A DNA stretch of 64,000 nucleotides, taken from contig JAZAMN010000043.1 in NCBI GenBank assembly GCA_036229005.1, positions 32,001 through 96,000 of the forward strand, written 5' to 3'. The notes beneath the pieces were generated by a model, which was not told where the DNA came from, made no database searches, and was given only the letters and a program-made list of their open reading frames with translations. Position numbers and translations under genes: made by a program. The stretch is from Myxococcota bacterium (GTDB taxonomy: Bacteria; Myxococcota_A; UBA796; CAJQPC01). Shown here piece after piece: positions 37,537 through 46,520 of the stretch; position 1 is the stretch's first letter, and every line of letters starts with the position of its first letter.

Positions 37537-38121
37537 ATGCCCTGGCTCAGCTCCCTGCTCGCCGGCGCCCTCCTGGGCCTCGCTGGCGGTCTCTCTCCCG
37601 GCCCTCTGACCGCCCTGGTCCTGGGGGAGACCCTGCGGGGCGGTTTGCGCAGCGGCCTGCGGGTGAGCCTCGCCCCGCTGGTCACCGACGGCCCGCTGAT
37701 CGGCCTCGCCCTGCTCATCGGAGCGCTTCCCCCGCTGGCCACCCAGGTGATCAGCGTCGGGGGCGCCCTCTTCCTGCTCCACCTGGCCTGGGGGATGTGG
37801 CGCGCCGAGCCCCCAGAGCCCTCCGAGCCGCCCCCCGAGGGCCTGCTGCGCCGGGCCATCGCCACCAACCTGCTCAACCCGCACCCCTACCTGTTCTGGC
37901 TCGCCGTGGGCGGCCCCATGCTGCTGGAGACCGCGGCCCCGGTGGCCTTCCTGGTGGGCTTCTTTGGCCTGCTGGTGGGCAGCAAGGCGGCGCTGGCCGT
38001 GCTGGCGGAGCGCGCCCGCCCCTGGCTGGGCTCGAGCGGCTACCGCTGGACCCTGCGCGCCTTGGGCGTGGGCCTTGTTGTCCTCGCTGGTGAGCTGATC
38101 TGGTCCCTACTGGCGGGTTGA
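37537..38121 (+). CDS. LysE family transporter
   Basis: SPGPL, TDGP, TNLLNPHPYLFW. Confidence 0.9.
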   Translation: MPWLSSLLAGALLGLAGGLSPGPLTALVLGETLRGGLRSGLRVSLAPLVTDGPLIGLALLIGALPPLATQVISVGGALFLLHLAWGMWRAEPPEPSEPPPEGLLRRAIATNLLNPHPYLFWLAVGGPMLLETAAPVAFLVGFFGLLVGSKAALAVLAERARPWLGSSGYRWTLRALGVGLVVLAGELIWSLLAG

Positions 38122-38157
38122 GCTTGCCGCCGGGCTCGGGGGGTGTACCGTCCCGGC

Positions 38158-38805
38158 ATGAGCCTCCCAGATCTCCTCCCTGTCTTCCCGCTGCCCAACA
38201 TCGTCTTCTACCCGGGGTCGGTGCTGCCGCTGCATGTGTTCGAGCCCCGCTACCGCGCCCTGGTCCAGCACTGTCTGGCGCACGAGCTGCCTATCGGCGT
38301 GCCGCGCATCCGGGCCGCCCACGAGGAGCAGCACCTGGGCGAGCCGCCGCTGCACGAGGTCTGCGGGGTGGGGCGCATCGAGCGTCACCTGGAGCTCCCG
38401 GATGGTCGCTTCAACCTGGTCCTTCGGGCCTTCACGCGGGTGAGGTTGGAGGAGGAGGCGGCGCTCGATGCGGGAGGTTTTCGCCTCTTCCGGGTCTCGG
38501 AGCAGCCGGACCTGGAGATCGCCCCCGCGGTGCAGGCGAGGCACATGGGGGCCATCGCGGCCTTGGCGCGTGGCCTGGCGACGACCGTGCCCGCGCTGGG
38601 ACACCTGCTCGATGAGCTCATGAAGCGGGAGATGCCGCCGGGGCAGATCGCCGACCAGATCGTGGACTTCACGACACTGTCGGTGGACGAGAAACAGGCA
38701 TTCCTGGAGCTGCGGGATCCGGCGCAGCGGCTGGAGAAGGCGGAGGCGCTGCTGGCGGATCTGTTGGCGACGTCAGTCCATGACCATGGGCACCATGGGC
38801 ACTGA
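38158..38805 (+). CDS. LON peptidase substrate-binding domain protein
   Basis: LPVFPLPNIVFYPG..LPLHVFEPRYR, LPDGRFN, EKQAFLE; His-rich tail. Confidence 0.9.
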   Translation: MSLPDLLPVFPLPNIVFYPGSVLPLHVFEPRYRALVQHCLAHELPIGVPRIRAAHEEQHLGEPPLHEVCGVGRIERHLELPDGRFNLVLRAFTRVRLEEEAALDAGGFRLFRVSEQPDLEIAPAVQARHMGAIAALARGLATTVPALGHLLDELMKREMPPGQIADQIVDFTTLSVDEKQAFLELRDPAQRLEKAEALLADLLATSVHDHGHHGH

Positions 38806-38810
38806 ACTCG

Positions 38811-39600
38811 GAGAGTTCAGTGATTCTTTGTGGGGGCGCCGGCCCCCACACCCCCTGAGCGGGCTTCTGAGAAAGCCCGGGGAGACCGAGGGGCCGGTCT
38901 CCCGGGAGTCCGCGCCGCCGAGACGGACTTGGGGGTCCGGCTGGGCTCGGCGGCGGCGGCCTCCGAGGTGGGGGGGCCGGATTCGCCTACACATGCCGGC
39001 TGCACCTACGCTGCTCGGAGTCCGCGCCGGCGAGACGGACTTGGGGTCCGGTTGGGCTCGGCGGCGGCGGCCTTCGAGGTGGGATTCAGACCGTTGCGGC
39101 CCAGGGAGACCGAGCGGCCGGTCTGGAGGGAGTCCGCGCTGCCGAGACGGACTTGGGGGTCCGGCTGGGCTCGGGGGCGGCGGCCTCCGAGGTGGGGGCA
39201 GGGATGGCTCTGACGTGGGAGTTCAGTGTTGTTTTCTGGGGGCGCTGGCCCCCACACCCCCTGGGCGGGCCTCGTTGAGGCCCAGGGAGACCGAGCGGCC
39301 GGTCTGGTGGGAGTCGGCGCCGCCGAGACGGACGTGGGGTCCGATTGGGCTTGGCGGCGGCGGCCTCCGAGGTGGCGAGCTTGACTGGCCTCCCCAAGTC
39401 AGCTGCGCAGACGCCGCTGCTCGGAGTCCGCGCCGCCGAGACGGACGTGGTGTCCGATTGGGCTCGGGGGCGGCGGCCTCCGAGGTGGGATTCAGACCGT
39501 TGAGGCCCAGGGAGACCGAGCGGCCGGTCTGGTGGGAGTCGGCGCCGCCGAGACGGACGTGGGGGCCGGTTGGGCTCGGCGGCGGCGGCCTCCGAGGTGG
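38811..39600. repeat. Array of six ~66-bp hairpin repeats in two ~405-bp super-units
   Basis: Core GGAGTCCGCGCCGCCGAGACGGAC...GTCCG...CTCGGCGGCGGCGGCCTCCGAGGTGG at 38905, 39017, 39129, 39310, 39423, 39535. Confidence 0.9.
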
Positions 39601-39612
39601 CGAGCCTGACTA

Positions 39613-39965
39613 GCCTCCCCAAGTCGGCTGCCACCGCGGCCGCTCCCCGGAACTCCCGTCATCGGCGGTCGCCAGTCCCCGGTCCCCGGTCGCCGCCTGC
39701 GCGCGGCCGCTCCTCGGAACTCCCGTCATCGGCGGTCGCCAGTCCCCGGTCCCCGGTCGCCGCTTGTGCCCAACCGCCCCCGGCGGCCTCAAGCAGCCCC
39801 CCGACGCCTCCCCAAGTCGGCTGCCACCGCGGCCGCTCCCCGGAACTCCCGTCATCGGCGGTCGCCAGTCGCCAGTCCCCGGTCGCCGCCTGCGCGCGGC
39901 CGCTCCCCGGAACTCCCGTCATCGGCGTTCGCCTCGCCGGTCCCCGGTCGCCGCCTGCGCGCGGT
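39613..39965. repeat. Four ~66-bp repeats (second family)
   Basis: GCGGCCGCTCCCCGGAACTCCCGTCATCGGCGGTCGCC...CCCCGGTCGCCGC repeated four times as two pairs. Confidence 0.88.
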
Positions 39966-39990
39966 CGCTGCCCGAGCCCCCCAGCGACGC

Positions 39991-40278
39991 GGCTACACAG
40001 GTCGAATGAGCGGCCCCCTGTGGCTACGGGGGGCGAATGAGCGGTGCGCTGAGGCTACGCAGGCTCAGTGAGCGAATCGGTCACCGAATCAGGGCGGGAA
40101 GGGGTGATTCAGGACGAATTTCGGGCTGAACAAGCCCTTTCGGGGCCAGATCGGTGGATGGACCGCTCACCGGTGGGCCGTAGCCTCAGAACACCGCTCG
40201 CTCACACCCCGTAGCCACCCCCGGGCGCTCACTCAGACCTGGTAGCCAGCCCCAAGCGCTCATCCACGCCGGGTAGCC
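39991..40278. repeat. Inverted 31-bp-period repeat element, family B copy 2 (3 units + 89-bp core + 4 inverted units)
   Basis: GGCTAC at 39991, 40022, 40053; GTAGCC at 40180, 40211, 40242, 40273; core ends are homologous to copy 1 in opposite orientation. Confidence 0.92.
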
Positions 40279-40532
40279 GCAGAGGCCCGCCCTGGGGACC
40301 CGCGCGGAGGGCGCCGAGGACCGCCCCGACCCGCGCCAGGGGGCCCGGAGGGGCGCCGCAGGCGAGTTCCCGGCGCGCGCAGCGGGGCGGAACCAAGCGC
40401 GGATGCGCGCGCCCGCAGCGGCACCCGGCCGAAGCGGAGAACGCCGGTCAGGCGGGCTCCGGTCGGCGGCGCCCAGAGCCAAGAGGGCGCCCCCGGAACC
40501 CCGAGGACGCCCTCATCTACCCAAAGGACAGC

Positions 40533-41450
40533 TCAGCCCTTGGCCTCCTTCTGGGCGGCCTCCAGCGCGCTGTGCTCGTGCTCGGCGCGGATGGTGAGGG
40601 TGTTGATGGTCGACTGGATGTCGGCCAGCTTGCGGTGCAGCTCGTGCAGGTCCTGGGCCAGGGACTGGCGGCCTTCGTTCTGGGCCTTGAGCAGCTCCTC
40701 GGCCTCGGCGGCGGCCTCGTCCATGCCGTTCATGATGACGCCGATGAACAGGTTCAGGATGACCATGGTGCCGGCGAGCACGAAGCTGCAGAAGAACGCG
40801 GCGCTCAGCAGGGGCTGGGCCTGGGGGGCGGTGCACAGGGCTTCGTTGCCGTCGTAGCCGTAGTTGTCGCAGCCGTACATGTTGATGTACATGATGTCGG
40901 TCCAGTCCTCCAGGGTGACGACCCGGAAGAGGCTGAGCATGGACATCTGCAGGTTCTCGAAGTGGATGGGGTCGTTCTCCGAGAACATGAAGGTCGCGGT
41001 GACCGCGTACAGGTAGAACAGCAGACCCAGCAGCATGCTCACGTAGACCATCGACGGGATGGACTTGAGCAGCGCGCCGACCAGGATCTGCAGCTTGGGC
41101 AGGGCGGTGACTAGCTTGAGCACACGCAGCACGCGCAGCAGGCGGAGCACGGTGACGAAGGAGCCGCCGAAGGGCAGCAGGCAGAGCGCGACGATCAGGA
41201 AGTCGAACACGTTCCAGGGGTCCAGGAAGTAGCGCCAGGGCTTGGAGCCCTCCGCGCCCATCTTCACGACGATCTCGATGATGAAGATGCCCAGGATGAT
41301 CTGGTTCATCCAGTGGAGCTGGGTCTCCCAGGCGGTGGCCAGGGAGTGGTAGGTCTCCACGCCGACCACCACGCCAGCCAGCAGGATGACGGCGGTGATG
41401 AAGTTCTGGAACGCGGAGCTGTCCGCCAGCTTCTTGAATTTCTCGGTCAC
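40533..41450 (-). CDS. Voltage-gated cation channel (BacNav/AnclNav-like)
   Basis: DPWNVFDF, S4 LRLLRVLRVLK, filter TLEDWTD, LNLFIGVIM, C-terminal coiled coil. Confidence 0.95.
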   Translation of the reverse strand: MTEKFKKLADSSAFQNFITAVILLAGVVVGVETYHSLATAWETQLHWMNQIILGIFIIEIVVKMGAEGSKPWRYFLDPWNVFDFLIVALCLLPFGGSFVTVLRLLRVLRVLKLVTALPKLQILVGALLKSIPSMVYVSMLLGLLFYLYAVTATFMFSENDPIHFENLQMSMLSLFRVVTLEDWTDIMYINMYGCDNYGYDGNEALCTAPQAQPLLSAAFFCSFVLAGTMVILNLFIGVIMNGMDEAAAEAEELLKAQNEGRQSLAQDLHELHRKLADIQSTINTLTIRAEHEHSALEAAQKEAKG

Positions 41451-41597
41451 GGCTCTCTCTCGGAGTTGGGGTGGGCGCCCAAAGGCGGTCTCGGCGCCCT
41501 GAACGGGGCTGTGGCGGCCGCACTTACACCCACCGCGGCGCCCCCCGCAAGCGAAAGAGCAAGGTGGCCCCGGACTGTTTCAGGATCCGAGGGCCGC

Positions 41598-42395
41598 TCA
41601 GTCGGGCGTATGCACCGGCCTGCTCTGGTCCCGCGCGCTCGGACCCGGGCCGAAGGCGCAGCGCACGCCCATCCCGGAGTAGTAGAACCCCGGAGCGTGG
41701 AAGGCCCGGTTGTAGACGGTCAGAGGCTCGTCGCTGCCGACTCCGCCCCCGCGCAGGGCCTTGAACTCCGAGTCCACAAAGGTGGCCCCGCCGTGGGTGG
41801 GGTGGTCCCGGTAGTTGTCGCGGTAGCTGTCCAGAGTCCATTCGTAGGCGTTGCCCGCCATGTCGCAGAGCCCCTGCTCCGTGTTCCCCGCTGGCCTGGA
41901 GCACACCGGCAGCGTGCGCTCGGGCTCACAGCCCTTGTAGTGGGCGCGCTCACAGCTCGGCTCGGCGTCCCCCCAGGGGTAGGGGCCCCGCTGTCCCCGG
42001 GAGCGCGCCGCGTACTCCCACTCGGACTCGGTCGGCAGCCGCCCCCCCAGCCAGCGGCAGTAGTCCTGCGCCATGGGCCAGCTCAGGCAGTTCATGGGGT
42101 GGTCGCCGCGCTCTTCGCGGGCCAGCCAGTTGCAGCGGCTGGGGACCTTGTCCGGGGGGAGGGGCTCGCAGGCGCCGTCCTGGACGCAGGCCGCGTACTC
42201 GTCCACCGTCGTCTCGGTGCGCCGCATCCAGAAGGTGGGCAGCGCGATCTCGTGCGGAGGGGAGGCGCGGTCATCGTCCGCATCGCCGATCCGGTATTCA
42301 CCGCCTCGCAGCTTGACCCACCCATCACGCAGACGGGTCTCGGCCGCAGGCGAGGAACTGCAAGCGATAACCAGAGCCAGGAGTTGGATTCCCAC
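41598..42395 (-). CDS. FGE-sulfatase (SUMF1/EgtB-like) domain lipoprotein
   Basis: HPMNCLSW, RLPTESEWEYAAR, YPWG, GLCDMAGNAYEW, GVRCA. Confidence 0.92.
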   Translation of the reverse strand: MGIQLLALVIACSSSPAAETRLRDGWVKLRGGEYRIGDADDDRASPPHEIALPTFWMRRTETTVDEYAACVQDGACEPLPPDKVPSRCNWLAREERGDHPMNCLSWPMAQDYCRWLGGRLPTESEWEYAARSRGQRGPYPWGDAEPSCERAHYKGCEPERTLPVCSRPAGNTEQGLCDMAGNAYEWTLDSYRDNYRDHPTHGGATFVDSEFKALRGGGVGSDEPLTVYNRAFHAPGFYYSGMGVRCAFGPGPSARDQSRPVHTPD

Positions 42396-42516
42396 ACCCC
42401 TTTGGTGTCGCGCTGCCCAAGTCCTGCCAAGCTCTTGACATGCACCTGACAATCAGCCCTTAACCTTCGCTGCCGTGGCCTCCCCCGATCCACAAAGCGG
42501 AGCCCCGCCCGGAGTG

Positions 42517-43128
42517 ATGACCGTGTCCTACCAGAACATCCTGGAGCGCATCTTCGATGCCGTCGATCAGGAGGCCTACCTGACCCCGATGCACCGCATC
42601 CAGGGGCCGGAGGCGCAGGCGCTGGCCGTCTTCAAGGCCGCCATCGGCGAGCCCGACTGGGAGCCCGAGCAGCTCCGCGCCCTGGTCGGCCGCCTGCACG
42701 AGGAGGGCCGCCTGCGCAGCACCACCCGCTTCTCGCTGCTGCACATCATCGCCGCCCACCCCAGGGTGGGGAACTTCGCCGAGGCCGCCCGCATGGTGGG
42801 GGAGCAGGAGCTGGCCGCCCTGGACGAGGGCGGGCCCCTGATGGACGCGGACCTGGCGAGCGTGGATCGCCACCGGGGTGTCCTCGCCTTCCTCAAGGGC
42901 CACTACGAGGTGGCGCTGGACTACTTTTCCCGGGCGTTGGACCGAGAGCGCTCCGCAGAGAACCTCAGCAACATCCTCTGCACCCTGATCCGGCTCCGCG
43001 AGCTCCCCGAAGCCGAGAACCTGCTGGCCCAGATCCGCGCCAGCTACCCCGAGACCCTGGTGGATGAGCTGGACGGCATCATCCGCCGCGACCCCGACCT
43101 TGCCCTCCTGCGCACGGAGACCCCATGA
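42517..43128 (+). CDS. TPR-containing cytoplasmic protein
   Basis: HRGVLAFLKGHYEVALDYFSRAL and NILCTLIRLRELPEAENLL TPR-like motifs; no signal peptide. Confidence 0.8.
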   Translation: MTVSYQNILERIFDAVDQEAYLTPMHRIQGPEAQALAVFKAAIGEPDWEPEQLRALVGRLHEEGRLRSTTRFSLLHIIAAHPRVGNFAEAARMVGEQELAALDEGGPLMDADLASVDRHRGVLAFLKGHYEVALDYFSRALDRERSAENLSNILCTLIRLRELPEAENLLAQIRASYPETLVDELDGIIRRDPDLALLRTETP

Positions 43129-43325
43129 CCCTGCAAGCCTTCTTCTTCTGGATCGCGTCGATCTTCCCTGGCGGCCCCACCTCGGAGCGCTGCGAGCAGC
43201 CTCAGGTGGAGCTGTGCCCGGTCTCGGCGCCCGTCGAGGTGGAGCAGCAGAAGGAGAAGGAGGCCGGCGGCTTCTGGAGTTGGGTGCTGGGGAACACCCG
43301 GCAGGGCATCAGCAACGGAGTCTGA
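43125..43325 (+). CDS. 66-aa small putative secreted peptide precursor
   Basis: ATGA overlap with the TPR gene and GGAG RBS; hydrophobic N-terminus, Cys pair, ends ...RQGISNGV. Confidence 0.7.
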   Translation: MTLQAFFFWIASIFPGGPTSERCEQPQVELCPVSAPVEVEQQKEKEAGGFWSWVLGNTRQGISNGV

Positions 43326-43326
43326 G

Positions 43327-43938
43327 ATGACGGGACTGCAAGACCAGCTCCGGGCTCTCCTCTCCGACAGGAACACCCCCGAGACCCGGGCTTTCTTCGA
43401 GAAGCTGCTTGGCTACATCGACCGGCGCGCACGCACCCTCTGGCGCACCCGCTACCCCGACCTGCTGCAGGAGTCGCAGGTCGAGGAGGTCGTCGGCGAG
43501 GTCCTCAAGCGCCTGGTCACCGGCGCGCTGGCCTCCTTCCGTGGCGAGAGCCTGGGCGAGCTGATGGCCTTCGTGCGCACCGTCACCGACCGGGCCGTCT
43601 GGCGCTGCGCGCAGCGCGTGATCCGTGAGCGGGACCTGCTGGAGGGGCCCGCCCTGGAGGAGGCCGAGAGCTGGTTCTCCCACAGCGGACCGGACCTGGA
43701 GAGCTTCGAGCACGTGCCCGAGGTGCCCCTGAACGACCAGGACCAGGGCTTCCTGGTGGCGCTGCTGGAGGCCGAATCCAAGGTCGAGTACAGCCGGCGG
43801 CACGGGGTCTCCCGGGCGGCGGTCACCCAGCGCGTGCAGCGCATCCGCAAGCGGATCTCGGCCATGCCCCAGGACGACCAGAGCGCGGTGGACGCGTGGC
43901 TGCACATCCAGGCGCGCAGGCACCTGGCCCAGAGCTGA
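43327..43938 (+). CDS. ECF-like sigma-70 factor
   Basis: Region-2-like EEVVGEVLKRL...FRGESLGELMAFVRTV; region-4 HTH EYSRRHGVSRAAVTQRVQRIRKR. Confidence 0.75.
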   Translation: MTGLQDQLRALLSDRNTPETRAFFEKLLGYIDRRARTLWRTRYPDLLQESQVEEVVGEVLKRLVTGALASFRGESLGELMAFVRTVTDRAVWRCAQRVIRERDLLEGPALEEAESWFSHSGPDLESFEHVPEVPLNDQDQGFLVALLEAESKVEYSRRHGVSRAAVTQRVQRIRKRISAMPQDDQSAVDAWLHIQARRHLAQS

Positions 43939-44039
43939 GCTCGGTCCCACCGTGGGGGGGGGACCGCGACATCCCTGCCCCTCTTTGCTCCCGCTCCGCG
44001 CCCGATTAGCCTGCGGGCAGGGCAGATATGGGAGTCGAG

Positions 44040-45083
44040 ATGCTTGGATTCGCTTTGATGCTGGGGGCCGCTCCGGCCTACCCCTGCGCCAACCTGGTCA
44101 CCACGGAAGGCGAGCTCGCCACCTCCGACACCCAGGAGGTCCTCTTCGAGAAGGAGGGGGAGGCCTCGGTGGTCGAATACCGGGTGGCCTACCAAGGGGA
44201 CGCCGCGGACTTTGGCTGGATCATCGCGCTGGATGGCGAGTTCGAGGCGCTGGTGGACGGCGACGTCGCCCGCTTCGACACCCTGCGCGAGGCCAGCGAT
44301 CCCCAGGTCACCTACTGGGAGGACGACACCAGCGACTCCGGTCCCTCCTTGGGGTGCCGTTCCAAGGCCGGCGGCACCGACCGGGTCAACAGCCTCTCGG
44401 ACACGGGCAGCGGGAGCTGGGAGGTGGTCGCCGAGGGCTTCTCCGGCACCTACGCCTACACCGTCATCCAGGCCGACGACCCCGCGGGCCTCTCCGAGTG
44501 GCTGACCGAGGCCGGCTTCGACGCCAGCGCCTCCCAGGACACCCTGGACACCTACCTCCAGGAGGGCGCCCAGATGGTCCTGGTGCGCGTGAACCCCGAC
44601 TCCGCCGAGACCCCCAGCGAGGGCGCCGAGCTGCCCCCCGTGCGCATCACCTACGCCGGTGAGTTCAGCTTCCCCGCGCGCATGGCCCGCGAGTCCTCCG
44701 CGACCGAGATGGCCACCACCGTCTACGTGCTCGGCGAGCAGCGCGCTCAGGTCAGCGGCTGGGCCCAGACCGACGTGGACTACCTGGACGGGAGCGACGT
44801 CAGCGCCGAGCAGCTCTGGTACACCAGCCTGCTCGCCCTGGGCCTGAACAAGGGCTACGGCCGCGTCTACGCCGGCGAGTACGAGGGCGCCTTCCTCACC
44901 CGCTTCGAGACCCGCGCTCCTACCGACGTGCACGACGTGGACCCCGTGTTCACCGTGGACGACGGCGACCAGGCCTTCCGCGCCAGCATCGACATCTGGG
45001 GCGCCGCGCCCAGCTCCGAGGGCTGGATGCTCCTGCCGCTGCTGGGCCTGGGCCTGGGCCTGATGCGTCGTCGCCGCGCCTGA
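44040..45083 (+). CDS. DUF2330-like protein with C-terminal membrane anchor
   Basis: Signal ending AYPC; YQGDAADFGWII; LSEWLTEAGF; FLTRF; C-terminal hydrophobic segment + RRRRA. Confidence 0.8.
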   Translation: MLGFALMLGAAPAYPCANLVTTEGELATSDTQEVLFEKEGEASVVEYRVAYQGDAADFGWIIALDGEFEALVDGDVARFDTLREASDPQVTYWEDDTSDSGPSLGCRSKAGGTDRVNSLSDTGSGSWEVVAEGFSGTYAYTVIQADDPAGLSEWLTEAGFDASASQDTLDTYLQEGAQMVLVRVNPDSAETPSEGAELPPVRITYAGEFSFPARMARESSATEMATTVYVLGEQRAQVSGWAQTDVDYLDGSDVSAEQLWYTSLLALGLNKGYGRVYAGEYEGAFLTRFETRAPTDVHDVDPVFTVDDGDQAFRASIDIWGAAPSSEGWMLLPLLGLGLGLMRRRRA

Positions 45084-45095
45084 TAGCTTCGGGGC

Positions 45096-46520
45096 GTGCG
45101 CGCCCCCCCGCCCCCCGGTCTGTGCTTGCCCGCCCTGGGCCTCTTCGCCCTGGGCCTGCTGATCCACGGCCTCTGGGCCCTGTCCATCCCCGTCCCGGTG
45201 GACTGGGATCCCGCCTACTACCGGGAAATCGCCGGCAACATCGCCGCCGGGGAGGGCGCCGTCACCCACGCCGGCGTGCTCTGGGGCCTGGCCGAGCTGG
45301 GCCTCCCGCAGCCCGCCGACCTTCACTGGAGCCCGCTGCCCTCCCGCGTGCTCGTCCCTGGCCTCTGGCTCTGGCCGGCCCACGGCGATCAGCTCGTCAG
45401 CGTGGTCCTGGGCGCGCTCTGGGCCCCCCTGGCCTGGGTCATCGCCCGCAGCCTGAAGGCCTCCCCCCGATCCGCCCTCCTGGCCGGCCTCATCGGCGCC
45501 ACGGGTCTGGGCTACGCCCGCTTCCTGAGCACCCCCGACTCCATCGCCCTGGCCGGCGTCTGCGGGGGCCTGCTCACCTGGGGCCTGGCCTCCCGGCGCT
45601 GGTGGCTCGCCGCGATGGGGGCTGCGTTGCTGGCGCTCACCCGAGGCGAGGGCTTCCTGGTCGCTGGCCTCGCCGGGGTGGCGCTCTTGAGCCGGCGTGA
45701 GCTGCGCGGCGCCCTGATGGTCGGCGGCGCCGGGATCCTGAGCTGGGGGGCCTGGCAGGCTCGGTGTGTCCTCGTTGGCGGGGAGATCTGGCTCAGCCAG
45801 CGCGCGCAGGTCGCAGTCCAGGTGGACTACCTGGCGTTCGTGCGGGCCGAGTCCTCTTCCTCCTCCCTCCTTGAGCGGCTGGGTTTCGTGGTGGGGGAGC
45901 TGCCCGAGGCTGCCCTGATCATCCTCCTGGCCTCTGCGGTGCTCGGACTCCCCCTGGCCGGGGGGGCCTCCCGCCAACGAGGACAGGCTGCCTGGATCCG
46001 CGCCTTCTGGCTGACGCTGTTCGCGCTGCCGGTGCTGGTGTTGGGCCTCGCGCCCGCGGTGGCGGCCTCCGGCTCGGTGTTCCGCAGCCTGGCCTGCCTG
46101 GCCCCCGCGATGGCGGCGCTGATGGGCGTGGGCCTGGAGCGGGCGGCAGAGTGGGGGAGCGCCCGGCGCGGCTACCCGCCGGCCTTCGTGTTCACGCTGG
46201 GGCTGCTCGGGGTGGGGGGCCTCTCGCTGGGGGTGGGGTGGAGCACCCTCAAAGCGCGGCCCTCCAGGGCTCTGTCTTGCCCCGAGCTGAAGGGCCCGGT
46301 GCTGGCCTCCGATCCGCTGTCCCTGGCGGACCGCTGCGGCGTGGACGCCTGGCTGCTCCCGGGGGGCGCGCAGCCCGATGCCGTGCGGGATCTCGTCCGG
46401 TCCCAGGGCATCTCCGAGGCGGTGATCCGGGAAGGGGATGGCCTGGCCATGGACCCCGAGCAGGCCGCGGCGCTGTTGGGCTGGACGCTGGATCCCCAGG
46501 GGGTCCTCCGCTCTGATTGA
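45096..46520 (+). CDS. Polytopic membrane protein, GT-C glycosyltransferase-like
   Basis: DWDPAYYREIAGNIAAGEG, HWSPL, LTRGEG; many TM segments. Confidence 0.7.
   Translation: MRAPPPPGLCLPALGLFALGLLIHGLWALSIPVPVDWDPAYYREIAGNIAAGEGAVTHAGVLWGLAELGLPQPADLHWSPLPSRVLVPGLWLWPAHGDQLVSVVLGALWAPLAWVIARSLKASPRSALLAGLIGATGLGYARFLSTPDSIALAGVCGGLLTWGLASRRWWLAAMGAALLALTRGEGFLVAGLAGVALLSRRELRGALMVGGAGILSWGAWQARCVLVGGEIWLSQRAQVAVQVDYLAFVRAESSSSSLLERLGFVVGELPEAALIILLASAVLGLPLAGGASRQRGQAAWIRAFWLTLFALPVLVLGLAPAVAASGSVFRSLACLAPAMAALMGVGLERAAEWGSARRGYPPAFVFTLGLLGVGGLSLGVGWSTLKARPSRALSCPELKGPVLASDPLSLADRCGVDAWLLPGGAQPDAVRDLVRSQGISEAVIREGDGLAMDPEQAAALLGWTLDPQGVLRSD

Noticed and set aside
38811..39600. CRISPR array
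   Set aside because: Repeats are about 66 bp and degenerate, linkers recur, and no cas gene is in the window
38780..40482. ORFs listed across the repeat region
   Set aside because: Low-complexity Arg/Pro/Gly translations produced by GC-rich repeats; no recognisable domain or RBS
40280..40532. Possible ncRNA downstream of the channel gene
   Set aside because: Extremely GC-rich, so chance pairing is likely; no convincing motif or second copy seen
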